Shown here: positions 1 to 12,240 of the stretch, in pieces
How positions within the stretch are numbered: position 1 is the first letter of the stretch
Layout: each line of letters starts with the position of its first letter
DNA from: the human T2T-CHM13v2.0 reference genome, Homo sapiens
Length of the DNA: 64,000 bases
Assembly (NCBI RefSeq): GCF_009914755.1
Contig: NC_060931.1
Direction: 5' to 3' (one strand)
Notes under the pieces: generated by a model
Seen by the model: only the letters and a program-made list of their open reading frames with translations
Databases searched by the model: none
What the model was told of the DNA's origin: nothing
Program-made: the position numbers and the translations under genes

Positions 1-19
1 AATAGTATTAAAAGAATCA

Positions 20-378
<359 letters not shown>

Positions 379-1659
379 AAAAAAAGTGTTGCATGGGTAT
401 GTCAATTAAAAAAAGTACTTAAAGAAAATTAGCTGATTCGTGCTACTTGATGTTTTACTTGATGTTTGTTCTGATAGGTAGGATTAATTCTACTTAAAAT
501 TATACTGTTCTGGTACTACATTTTATAAGTGTTTACATGCTCATTTTAATTTCCTGCTAATTGCAATGATAGCACAATAATGAATTCTACCTATAAATTA
601 CATTATCTACTATTAAAATACAGTTTCTTGGTTGTGACACTTTATGCTACTCCACAAAGAGGGAAAATACTTTTGTAAATGAAAGGAAGAGCAGAATGGT
701 GGTGGGTTTTTCTGACTGTTATTTAACATGTGGATAGATTCTTCATACATAGATAATATGCATCATGGGTGAGTCACCAAATTTTAATAAGAAAACCAAT
801 TATTTGTGTATATTTTGAAAGATGATGCCTCATAATTTTATTCCTCCTTTGATCAGATAGAACATTTTGTTTAGTAAAATTTCAGAAGACAGATTCCTGC
901 TTCCTGATTGGCATCAATTATCTTACAACACCCCCAATTTTTTTGGAAATGTATGCCTGCCAACTCTTTATTTGAAGAGTTATTTGCTTGCTTTGGCAAA
1001 ATTGACTCTTGATGAGTGTTCCCCTCTTCTAGCATTTGCTACTCACTAAATTTTCCTCGTGTGTGCTGATGGTGGTAAAAACTCTTGTCACCTTTCTAAT
1101 CTGTTTGGTAAACCTTATCTTTGATACTTCATTATGTAACCATGGGTTCTCAGTTCTCTCTCGACTCTTACCCTGCAGCTTTGTAGTTACAAGGGGAAAT
1201 ATGACAGTGAGAAAGGAAGAAAATCCACAGAGAGAGAAGAGACTGTGCACTGAACTTTTTCATTAAAACTTTTATAAACTATAAATAGCTCCTTCCACCT
1301 TTAGTCAAAGGAAATATCAAGAAGGCCTGTAGGGTAGCTCCCTATGGCTGTTTAAAAAGTGTTTGATTTTTATGGAATAGTGCAAAAGCAAATTGCAAAG
1401 TCAATAGAAACAGGAATACTGGAGAAGAATTGACAGGAACTGATAAAATTAAGGAGTGACTGAGAAAATGAGTCTGACAGCCCATGGCTGATACAGAAGA
1501 AAGTGCCAGGCTGATCTGAACCAAGAGAACCAAGACAAGTACAAGCCCTCCTGCAGAAGTACAGGACCCAGGATGGGAGTCTGTGGTTCCTAACAGCTTA
1601 GTGCCTGATCACACTTAAACATACATTATGCTTATCACTGGATTGCAATAACGCTTGCT

Positions 1660-1830
1660 TTACTGAACACTATTCTAAGTAGTTTGTACATCATTTAGCC
1701 CTGCAGCAACCCTCTTAGGTATAGGAACTATTCTAAGTATTCCCATAAGATTGGTACCTTGCCCAAGGCTTGGATCAGGAACACAGATTTGTCTGATCCT
1801 TGAGTTTACATTATTCTTAATCTAGCTGTT
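1660..1830 (-). mobile_element. Degenerate MIR fragment
   Basis: 'catttagccctgcagcaaccctcttaggtatagg...cttgcccaagg' resembles the reverse MIR core; boundaries approximate. Confidence 0.5.
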
Positions 1831-2253
1831 CTGCATCTGACTTTATGTTGAAGTTAGTGCCCCAGTGCACCTGTTTATATGGCTTCATCTGTGATGTTTT
1901 CTCTTTCCTCCTTATCAAACCTGTTTTAAACCTTAGAGTTCTGAGTTAAATAACCTTGGTGGGTGTGGCAGGAAATCTCTGAAACAAGGTGGATCCATGC
2001 TGCATTGTGATTCCTTGCATTCAGGTGGTCCTGCCAGGGCTGCAATTACTAGGTGCCCTTAGACGGAACTAGTTATGATGGGGTCAGGCAGAAGGTACCT
2101 CTGTGTTTCATGTGAGCTGAATCTTTCCTAAATGATTAAGAGAAACAGTGGTTATTGAGGGAATCATGTGCTTCAGGGGAGGATTGATAAAACTAAGTTA
2201 ATCTATTAGGCCTTTGTATTGTGATAAGTAAAACTTTACTTTCCCTAAATTAG

Positions 2254-2673
<420 letters not shown>

Positions 2674-3129
2674 TGATAAAACACATCTTTGAACCATATG
2701 TTCAAACCGTACTTGGAGTACTTGGCAGAGTACTTGGAGACCCTGGAGTCCATCCAGATAATCTTCTACCAGAGGGGAGAAAAGAACCTTTATTCATAAA
2801 GGTTCAAATTACAGAAATCATTCGAATCTTCTAGGCTGTGCTCCTATGATATTACAAAAGTTCTTTGTTGAATTATCAAATTACATCCATATATAGATAA
2901 TAACTCTGGTGCTAAGAGTGATCATTGCCAGTCTGTGGATATACATGCATCTCCAACCCCCAGCATTTTACTTATTGAATTCTCTGTGACTCTAGTATTC
3001 AGAATTTGATTACCTAAAGTGAAAATCTGCCAATTTTGCCTGATCTGTCATTCTGAGGCCTTCTCAACTTGAACTCCCATAGTATTTTTCTCTTACCTTT
3101 TCTATGACAATTATTTTCATATTATATTT

Positions 3130-3230
3130 ATTTGTATAAGTATCTGTGAGAGCAGCAGTTGTGTCTCGTTCATCTTTATACCTCCTGTAGTGATTAATAC
3201 AAAGCTCAATAAATGGTTGGTAAATGAATA
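3130..3230 (+). mobile_element. L2 3' end fragment
   Basis: 'gttcatctttatacctcc...gctcaataaatggttggtaaatgaat' matches the L2 3' terminus. Confidence 0.55.
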
Positions 3231-5865
3231 GAACACAGAAAAAATCTTTCAGTCGTGAAATACAGAAAATGTAGTTTACTTTACAATGTCTTCTTAGCAC
3301 TTTCTTTACATATTCCACAAATCCCTAGTGTACTTCTTTGGCTTTTTCCAAAATCCCCTCGATATTACTTGTTTAATTTTTAATAACCCTTTTTCCTTCG
3401 TGGCCAGAAGCCTTTAAAGGTCAGGATCGGTGCAACAAACCACTTTCAGTTTCACATTTTTTATCACATTTCTTAGCTACTTATGTGTGGCAGTATTTAC
3501 CAACAATTTGTAGGTGGTATCTATAAGGATAGTCAGTTTATTTCCCATTAGGTACTGTGCCTAAAATTTGAGCATGTGTTACCACAGCAACTTGGATGTC
3601 TGGTTAAACTAATTGGTCAAAGCATTCAGGCTTCCTGCAAGTTCAGATAACTGATTAGTAGCTAATGTTCTATGGCTTTCCTCTATAAATTATAAGAATA
3701 AAAATGTTAATATAATAATACTCAATTTAGTACAAATTTTTATATAGTTAAGTGTGTGAAGTAGCTTTGTAAAAACCTTGACTGCTATTAAACCCATCCT
3801 TTCCTACCATTATATAAGTTAACATCTATCTTGTATCTCCCTTTCCTAGAGTTTAAAACAAGACATCTATTAAGTTATTTATTCTACTTCTGGTGTTAGT
3901 GGTTCACAGTAGCTCCGTATCCTTTCTGTACATGTATCCCCATGGGTACCAGCACTCTTGATTATAAGGAGCTGAAAATCAACTTGAAGTGGCTAAAGAA
4001 AGAAATAGATTTATTGGGAAGAGAAGTATTGCAGGATAGAAACAAGAGCTGAACAACTGCGCTTTAGAAAGTCAGGCATCCAGCAGAGCTAGCACCTCAG
4101 CGGGTGCTATCTCCATGTTATCAGTGCTGTCTGTCTCTATGCTACCCTCATCTCCTAATTTTACTACCTGATGGCTTTAGGGTCTGAGTTGAGCTTCTTT
4201 ACAGGTCGAGAGACACTGCCACTGGCTGCCTCTAAGCGAATGCTTTCTCTGCTTTGCTACCATCAAGGGTGGAGGGGAGGGGCGCAACTGAGCTCTGGCT
4301 GAAAAAGTCCCAGGGAAGGATTACTCTAAGTTGGATTCCTTGTCTGTTCCTGGATAAGGTGCAGCCCTCCTTAGACTGCAGTGGATGGCGTGGGGTGGAA
4401 AAACCATTCCCCAGGAAGAGAGAAAAAATGTGCTGGCCATTCCAAACAATTCGGTTCTACTTCTTTTTAAGAAACAGGAACCTATCCTATTTTAATAAAC
4501 ACTCAGGGAAAGCATTCCACAAGGGATGGCAAAAAGGATTCGACTAATATTTGGGTGCTGCTGTTGTCACTATGTTACCGAATACAAAAGGGTTGCAGAG
4601 TAGGTTAAAGCATTTCAGAGTTGTTAATATCCCTGTGACTTATGCATGTTTGTAGTGAACCTGATTTCACTATCACCCAGTGATACTGAACTGTTAAATG
4701 ATCTATGATGAATCTTCTTTAGCCAAAAGCCTTTTTTTGGTTTTCTTTCTGTTATTGAAGAGCGATGCACACATGGTTTTGGAATGATCTAAATTATATC
4801 AGTATTAGCTTGAAAAGGCAAATACTAAAACAATGCCACAGGAAAGTCAATTAAATTATATAGGGATACACATTTTAATTTCAGTTTTTAATGTCTTCAG
4901 TTGGTTATCCTTTATTTGTCCTAAATATTTATTGTCGAATATCCAGCACTGTTAACCATTCTTTCCCAAGGGCCTGCTTCCTATTTTATTTCTTAGGTGT
5001 ATGTAGAGTGAGACAAAAGAAGTATATTACTTAACAAATACTTTTTATTTGAGTATTTTCAAGTATGTACTACATAAGTGGCAAAGGTTTTCTAGATTTA
5101 AAACTGTCAAATGTAATTAAAAATTATTTCTGTATGTTTATTTGGCAGGCTCTTTTAAGAGGGTTTTCTTCCTTTTGAGATTTTCCTAATTTTTCAAACT
5201 AAGTGAAAATTTGGAAAGCTGGGACAAAGTCCCTAAAAGCAATAAAACTCACTTATAACCCCCAACTAGAAAATATGTTTTCTGTTGTTGTTGTTGTTTT
5301 TTTTTTTTTTTTCCTTTTCAGAGTTTATTCAGAAACTTAGGTAAGTTTTTGCAAATGAGACTTAGCTTCTTAAGCAGTTTTTTGATAGTCATGGGATTGT
5401 AGCCTCTGTCCTCAATGGCATTTTGACACCAGGAAGAGAGAAAATCCTCACATCTTTTCTCAGTGCCATTTGCCTTTCTTCTTGATGCTATCCCAAGGAT
5501 TTTATGTCTGCCATTGAGGTCTTATAATTTAATTCACATTTCTCAGATCATATTAGTGCTATACATTTGGAACTCTGTGATACTGTTATTTCGTGGATGT
5601 GGTCATAATAAAATCACTTTTACATCCGGATCTTCTCCATGCTACACACTTGAGGCATGACACCACATCAGAACTCCAGTTGTGTTTCTGCTTAGGGTGT
5701 AAAAATGAAAAACTGTGCCGTGCCCATGTGAATGCCCATGCATTTTAGATATCACCTGAATAAATAAGTAATAAGTACATAAATGTGCATGTATATGTAT
5801 GTAGAAACCATATGTATGGTTGATATATAGAAAACCAGTATCTGTTTTAATGCAGACACAAGTCT

Positions 5866-6015
5866 TTTGAAACAAGGGTTTGTAATTGAATTAATGAGGA
5901 AGCAAAAACTGAGATGCAGACAAATTATTATCCAGGATAATTTGAAACAAGGGTTTGTAATTGAACTAATGGGGAAGCAACAACTGAGATGCAGACAAAT
6001 TATTATCCAGGATAA
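5866..6015. repeat. 75-bp tandem duplication (2 copies)
   Basis: 5866-5940 and 5941-6015 differ at 3 of 75 positions. Confidence 0.97.
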
Positions 6016-6081
6016 TTGAGGGCATACAACCAGGAAACACAACATGTAGGGATGAGGACATTTATTTCATAAAAAGGAGTA

Positions 6082-6384
6082 GGCTGAGCCAGCAGCGGTG
6101 GTGCACACCTGTAATCCCTGCTCTTTGGGAGGCCAAGGAGGGTGGATCACTTGAGCCCAAGAGTTTGAGACCAACCTGGGCAACATGGCAAAATCCTGTC
6201 TCTACAAAAAATACAAAAATTAGCTGGGCATGGTGGCATGCACCTGTGGTTCCAATTACTCAGCAGGCTGAGGTGCTGAGTGGGAGGATCACTTGAAGCT
6301 GGGAGGTCCAGCCTGCTGTAACTCATAATCGTGCCGCTGTACTTCAGCCTGGGCAACAGAGTGAGACCCTGTCTCAAAAAGAAA
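6082..6384 (+). mobile_element. AluJ
   Basis: Diverged dimer with J-type 'gatcacttgagcccaagagtttgagacc' and 'gggaggatcacttga'; short tail. Confidence 0.9.
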
Positions 6385-8710
6385 GCAGTGCCCTGAAATC
6401 AGATTTTTTTGAAAGCCAGGCAAAAATAAGATTTTTAAAAAATGATAGTCTGCATCTACCAGTTTCTGTTATAGAGTCATAATTGTCAACTTTACACGCT
6501 GCTTCTTGACAACCTTAACAATCTGAAGTTCCCTTGCTATAGCTCTAGCTTTGGATTTTAATTTCCAACTTAGATGAAGTTCATAACAAAACATTTTTTC
6601 ACCTGAACATATTTTCTGCAGTTCATAGGGATCAGCACAGGATTTATCTTTAGCCAAGACATGTTACAGCATCCATTGTATGCAAAATTGTATCAGCAAT
6701 GTAGGGAATGCAGAGATGAAGAAAATGTGGCATGTATGTGTGTTTATTAGAATTGTGTTGTTTTTATTAGTGTTCTGGATGTGTAGGTTTTGAATGGTCT
6801 TCCTCAATATCATTTTCCACATAAGTCCTTTGGTTTTTAGGGTGTAATTTAACAGAATGTAAAGTTTTGCTGGGAACAGATTTATTGGGTTGTGATAGAA
6901 TCACCTATGTTTATTGATAAAGTTAGTTCTTTTTTCCCCTACAGAATCAAGAAAACACTCAAAGTTGTATAATATTAGGAGGAAAATCTCAACATTGCCA
7001 TGCAATGTCGTGCATGACATATGGATAGGTTTGGTATTGTGGTTAAGACATGGCTGTTAAACATTCAGTTTAACAGATTCCTCCAGAATTTCACGGTGTT
7101 TTGGGAAAGTATTTTAGATAAGTGACATTTCTTCAAATATATGAGATTGTAAGTAGTGAGTGACATCAGAAGAGAATTAAGTCATAAAGTTTTTAGGGTT
7201 CACAAAAAGGTTGGGGTTTAGGCTTACTAAAACAAAATGAACATTTAAAAATCAATAACATGAAATTTTACCATAAAAATTTACAACATAAAATAGATTA
7301 CTAATATATTACTAAATATAATCTATTTTAAAAGAGAAAGTATTTGCTAGGGTTATATGGAATTATAATCATTTGAAAAGCAACTTATTTTTGGAAAATT
7401 TCTGTTTTCTTTATTACTTTTGAAAATAAATTTATAATTTTTTCCTTTCTTTTAGACTTAAAAGTTTTAATGAAGCTAATTCATAAAGTAGCTGATTATT
7501 ATAGTTAGATTCGTATATATAAAGTACTCTTTTCTTCCCTCATATTTAAAATTTTCTTAGTGTTTCTTTTTCCTTGTTCTGTTAAAAAAAAGTGTTTTCC
7601 CTTCACAGGCTTTTGGTAGAAAAGGAAAAAAAAAGATAAAGATAGAAAAAAAGTAATTCTCTATCCCTTTCTTCAGTTCTTTTTTCCAGATTTTAAAAAA
7701 TTGTTTGGCCCCACCTGTCCTTCAGACCCTATTTATGTGAAGATCAGTCATCTGGCAGCCTCTTGTGTCTGAGATAGCTCCACGAAGGCTGACATGAAAC
7801 AAGGGTTTCTGAGTACTGCAGAGCCTGTGGAGTAAGGCCTACATGTTTTCCACTCAGGAGAAAGTTCATGGTTCTGCTTTGAACCCACCTGTTGACTCAA
7901 GCCATTCACACCCTCTTCTAATAAGCCTGATTATCTAGTTGCCCAATACGGGGATGGCTGAGGAAGCCTGTAGCAAGAAGACTGAGGAGAGTGTGGTGAT
8001 ATTAGAAGGAAGAGGCACATATAGGGCCATAATAAGTCGATTTTGATGCTAAAAAGAGAATGAATCATAAAAATGAAGCAGAAGAACACTTAGATGTCAG
8101 ATTATTGAGATTAGGAGCCAGTTGGCCCTGTATACCTACTGTTAAACCCCGAGGGCTGCTGCTGATGTTTATAATTGGCCCCATCATCAGTTGAAGATTA
8201 GATTGTGTTTATTATAATCTCTTTTAAAAGTCAGGGAAGTGCATACTACTTTTTAGAATTTAAAAAAGTCTCATATAAAGACAGGCATTTCAAAGGATCG
8301 ATTTTTGTTTACTCACAAAAATGACCTAGTAGATGTTAGTCTTGTTTTTCTCTCTGTCCACTGAGATTGTTTTTACAAGCCTTTTTGTCTCTTCTCTTTG
8401 AAGCTATAATTTTTATTTTAACCTCTACTGTTGTTCTTTTATGGCATAGTTTCAGACATCTCAATGGCCTCTAATAAAGATATTCTTAACACCATAGATT
8501 GTGAATCCTGTATGACATAATGATTAATTTCCTGCAGCTTTGCGCTCTCCCTGCTCTCTTTACTTCTGCTTTATAGTCAGACTTGGTGTCTACATGCTTG
8601 TTGAGACTATTATTTTCCCCTACCCATTCCTCAAGCTACCCATCCATTTCCACTCTACATATGTCCACAGAATTTGTTTGAACTTCTGTCATCAGCAACT
8701 CTTCTTACTG

Positions 8711-9075
8711 TTTATTTATTCAGCAAGTACTGAGTGCTGTCCTAGGGGCTGGGGAAACACAGGAGAACAAACGAGAAGTCCATGCTCTTAAGCAGTTTAC
8801 ATTCTAGTGGGGAAGGAAGACAAACAAAGTAAATTAATGAACAAAAACAGTGTAATGTGATAGGGGAGGGAGGAGCAACAGCAGAGGAAAGCCAGAGAAG
8901 GACTCTGAAGAGGCAATACCTGAGGTCCAACTGAGTAATGGGAACAAGTCAGCCAAGGGGTTATCTGGGAAGAACATTCTAGGCAGAGAGAACAGCAAAC
9001 AGAAACATTCCTGAGAAACCAGCTTTGAGGAAAAGAAAAATTGTCCATTGTGACTGAACCATAGTTGGATGAGTG
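8711..9075 (-). mobile_element. L2 3' region
   Basis: 'tttatttattcagcaagtactgagtgc..ctaggggctggggaaacac..tttacattctagtgggga' is the reverse L2 tail. Confidence 0.65.
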
Positions 9076-9089
9076 TTGTGCTCAGATCC

Positions 9090-9353
9090 ACTTGGTCAGT
9101 GGGTGCCTAGGGTGAACAGAAGTCCTTCCCGTCCAGGTCTCAGTCAGTGACTGATCAGCCCAGGGATACAAAAGCCTGGCCCTCTTGCTTCAGGGGAGAC
9201 TAATGCTGGGTGTAGTTTTTGTCTGAGGCCACATTCTTGCTTGGCTTTTCCCCTCCCTGTCCTGCCTCCTCATTTCTTTTCACTGAGGGCACTGCCCCCA
9301 ATAAATTGTAAGATCTGGGCCCAGCTCTGTTTCTAGGAAACCCTGACCTAGGC
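9090..9353 (+). mobile_element. Old ERVL-type solo LTR fragment (LTR16-like)
   Basis: aataaa followed by the terminal 'ctctgtttctaggaaaccctgacctaggca' motif; family call by eye. Confidence 0.45.
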
Positions 9354-9369
9354 ATATAAGCAAACTTTT

Positions 9370-10260
9370 GATCTATCATCTGAGCTCCAGACCCTTAGAC
9401 AGCTGCTTGTGCAACATGTCCACTTGGATGTTCAGAGATACCTAAAACTCAATGTGTAAAAAATTGAATTTATAATAGTTTCCTCTTTTCCTCAAGCTTG
9501 TATTCTTCCTGTGTTCACTGGTTTACTTTATGAACCAGCCTTTTACCTAGTTATACTAGAGAATTCAGTATAGATTTTCCCTTTCCATAGACTTCATGTC
9601 CAGTCACTCAGCAGGTAACCCATGGTGAATGCCTCTTACCTCTGTTGTTTTTCCACCCACATTTTCATGGCTTTAGTTCAGGGCCTTGTCTGAAACACTA
9701 GCTTAGCTTCCCAAGTGGCCTCCCCACTTCCCTTCCTTCACCTCTCCAATCCATTTCTACACCATTACCCTGTCGTAAGATGAAAAATCTCATCCAGCCA
9801 CTCTTCTGCCTCTAGTCCTGTAGGGCTTTTCTATTGGATAAAATGGCAACTTCATATAGGATAAAATTCCCAACTTTTTAGCATGGCTTACAGGGCCCTT
9901 TCTGCCCTGGCATTGAGCCACCTTTCTTCTGAGCCTTCGCAGTGGTGACCACTGTGAGTATGGCTTGGTTATTTCCTCATACAGCTTCCAGTTTCAGGCT
10001 TCATGCTATTCCCCAAATGTCCTTCTTCTCCTGGGTAGTACTGGAAGCTTCAGCTTTACGTTACCTCCTCTGTGAAGTCTTTTTTTGAGCCACCTAAGGA
10101 ATATTATTTATACTGAATAGAGCACTCTCAAAATACTCATTTCAGTGTATTATAATCACTTGCTTTATTTCTAATCACTTAAGGCATTCATTGAATGCAG
10201 AGCACATGGCTCTTCACATTGCTAGGCACATTAGCACGTTTGCTGAATGAATAGATGAAA
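9370..10260 (+). mobile_element. L2 3' portion
   Basis: 'ctgagctccagaccc..tccacttggatgt..cctaaaactcaatgtg' body, ending 'gtttgctgaatgaatagatgaa'. Confidence 0.7.
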
Positions 10261-11214
10261 GATTAAAGGAGAAATGTTACTGTGTTTGTTGGTTTTTATA
10301 CAAGATATCTTAGTGAACACAAACATTGTACGAATGTTAGGGGAAAGGGGATTGCCTAAGAAGAACCTTTAGCCCTAAAATTTGGAGTTGGGAAATTCAT
10401 TAATTTTTTAAATGTTAATTTAATATTTGCTAGATGCCTAGCATTGTATTATGTGGTATTTAAGTAAATTTTGAAAAATGCAATTGGCGTGATTTATCAA
10501 GGGCCTTAAAATGGGGAAAATGCCAACAGTACAAGAGAGTTTTATGAGGTGGTGTATGATTAAATCTTGAATGACTCAAATAAGAAGTGCTGTTGGTTCT
10601 GGAAAAGGTGTCTTTGTGGGCTGGAGGGATAACCAATCACAAAAAAGTCAGGTTCTTGAAAGACCTGTTGAAGTCTATTCTGCAAAAATGATGCTCATAT
10701 AATTCAATAGTTTTCAGATATTAAGGAGATAGCTTTCTCTTTTGACTTTGTTGAAGATGAAAGTATGTAATATTTGTATTTGAACAATAACTTTTTAAAA
10801 AGATTTTACATGAGCTTTTGTGTTGTAAGAAAACAAAGTTGAATTATCTTCACAGTGTCATTCAAAATGATGAAGGTGAAGATAGTTTGCAAGTGGGAGA
10901 AAGAAGAGATGATTCATTTAAACCAATTAGGATGTGAAGGGAAAACACTTTGCCTGAGGTTTCTCATCATCATTGTATACCCTAGTTTGGGGAGCTTTGG
11001 GAATATCGACCACTTATCATTGACACAGTAGTTACCGCCTCTTGTAATTTTTAAAATACGTGAATATTTACAAGGTTAGATTTCATGCCTTTTTTATTTC
11101 TTGCCTAAGGTATTTCTCAGTTGTATTGTTGTATCTTAATCTAATTTATGTCCTTTTGTGATTCTGTGTACCGAGGACAGGAACTCCTTTAAAAAAGAGT
11201 GGATCAACCACTCT

Positions 11215-11230
11215 CCTGTAGGGGTCGCTA
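11215..11230 (+). promoter_or_regulatory. Candidate CTCF motif
   Basis: CCTGTAGGGGTCGCTA versus core CCASYAGRKGGCRSTR, two mismatches; motif match only. Confidence 0.35.
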
Positions 11231-11399
11231 TGAGAGTAGCAGTCTGGCATCCTTCCTTTGCCGCCTAGCACCTTGTGGCATGACTTGGCACAGTTTGCCT
11301 AAGGGTTGTGAGATCTGGCTTGTTTTGGTATTTTATTTTTCAGAATGGTATGAGCTCTAAGTCCACCAAAAATTCTGCAAGCTCATAACTATGCATTCT

Positions 11400-11824
11400 T
11401 TTACTTTGGTTCTGTGTATGCTGCATATGCTGCACCTGTGCTTTTTTTTTTTAACCACATATTTGGTGCGTGGTTATTTTAGACTTCTCATCATACTCCA
11501 TTTGCATATGACAAATATATACACGTAGACACCATTTTAGCAGCTTTTGCAGCATGCATGATGGTGGCTGAAACTTGGCCTTCTATAGGATCCCAGATTA
11601 TTATTTAATGGGGTTGTCACTCAGGACACTTACTGGCTTTCTCCAGTGCTCTTAAAAAATTGAATTGAGCATGATGAGGTGCATCCCCTTGATTAAATGT
11701 TTTTCCTCCTATGCAATCACCATTAGCTGTTTGGCTCCCATTCTGTATTCTTCTGAAGCAGCCCTGCATTGCAAATCAATATCTTTCTGAAAAGACAGTG
11801 TGTTGTGAATTGCCTTGACAGCAT
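11400..11824 (+). promoter_or_regulatory. CDK14: Probable internal CDK14 promoter / 5' UTR (non-CpG-island)
   Basis: Non-repetitive DNA directly upstream of the alternative ATG; octamer ATTTGCAT at 11500-11507; TSS cannot be placed from sequence. Confidence 0.55.
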
Positions 11825-11893
11825 ATGCACGGTTACTTTGGCTGCAATGCTGCTGCAGAGCCCGGTTACTCTGCCTTCGTGGGAACTCCACAG
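11825..11893 (+). CDS. CDK14: CDK14 alternative first coding exon, MHGYFGCNAAAEPGYSAFVGTPQ (23 aa), GC splice donor
   Basis: Manual translation matches the recognised alternative PFTK1 N-terminus; ends CAG|gcaagt, phase 0, joining 28849 in frame (PQ|ICVTK). Not in the ORF track. Confidence 0.9.
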
Positions 11894-12098
11894 GCAAGTC
11901 CATCGTGTTTGGAAAAAAAAATTAGATTTTTTGGAGAAAATAATTGAGCTGTTAAAGCTATTGATACTGAATGTTAGCATGTCCTTTGAGTTCTTCTCAA
12001 CAGTTTTTGGTCTTATTCCACTGAGATTAGCTTCTCTTAGGGGATTTCTGGGCTTTTTTTTTTTTGCTTGCTTATGCATCCCCCTCTCTTGGTTGTAG

Positions 12099-12240
12099 TA
12101 CGGCCGTACCATTTCAGCTTGCTAGTGCAGAAAGATGTGAATTCAGTTGCTGTATGAGCCTGGCCTGGTGCAAACACATTGCTAGAGACATGTTAAAGAG
12201 TTCCAGGTGAATCAAGCCTGAGGGAGACAACAGCAAAACG
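12099..12240 (+). other. CDK14: Probable non-coding / cassette exon of CDK14
   Basis: Acceptor 'cccctctcttggttgtag|' at 12098 (alternative 'atttcag|' at 12117) and donor 'ACG|gtaaga' at 12240; the 5' boundary may instead be a TSS. Confidence 0.5.

Noticed and set aside
4090-4109. tagcacc-N6-ggtgcta hairpin
   Set aside because: A 7-bp stem is expected by chance in 64 kb; no ncRNA features
6945-7148. Pseudo-exon with a good acceptor (ttcccctacag) and a gtaagt donor
   Set aside because: Poor exonic donor context (ATT|gt), in-frame stop and no other support; common by chance in long introns
11709-12112. Overlapping ORFs 11769-12098(+), 11723-12112(-) and 11709-11903(-)
   Set aside because: No recognisable protein; the real coding frame is the short 11825-11893 exon
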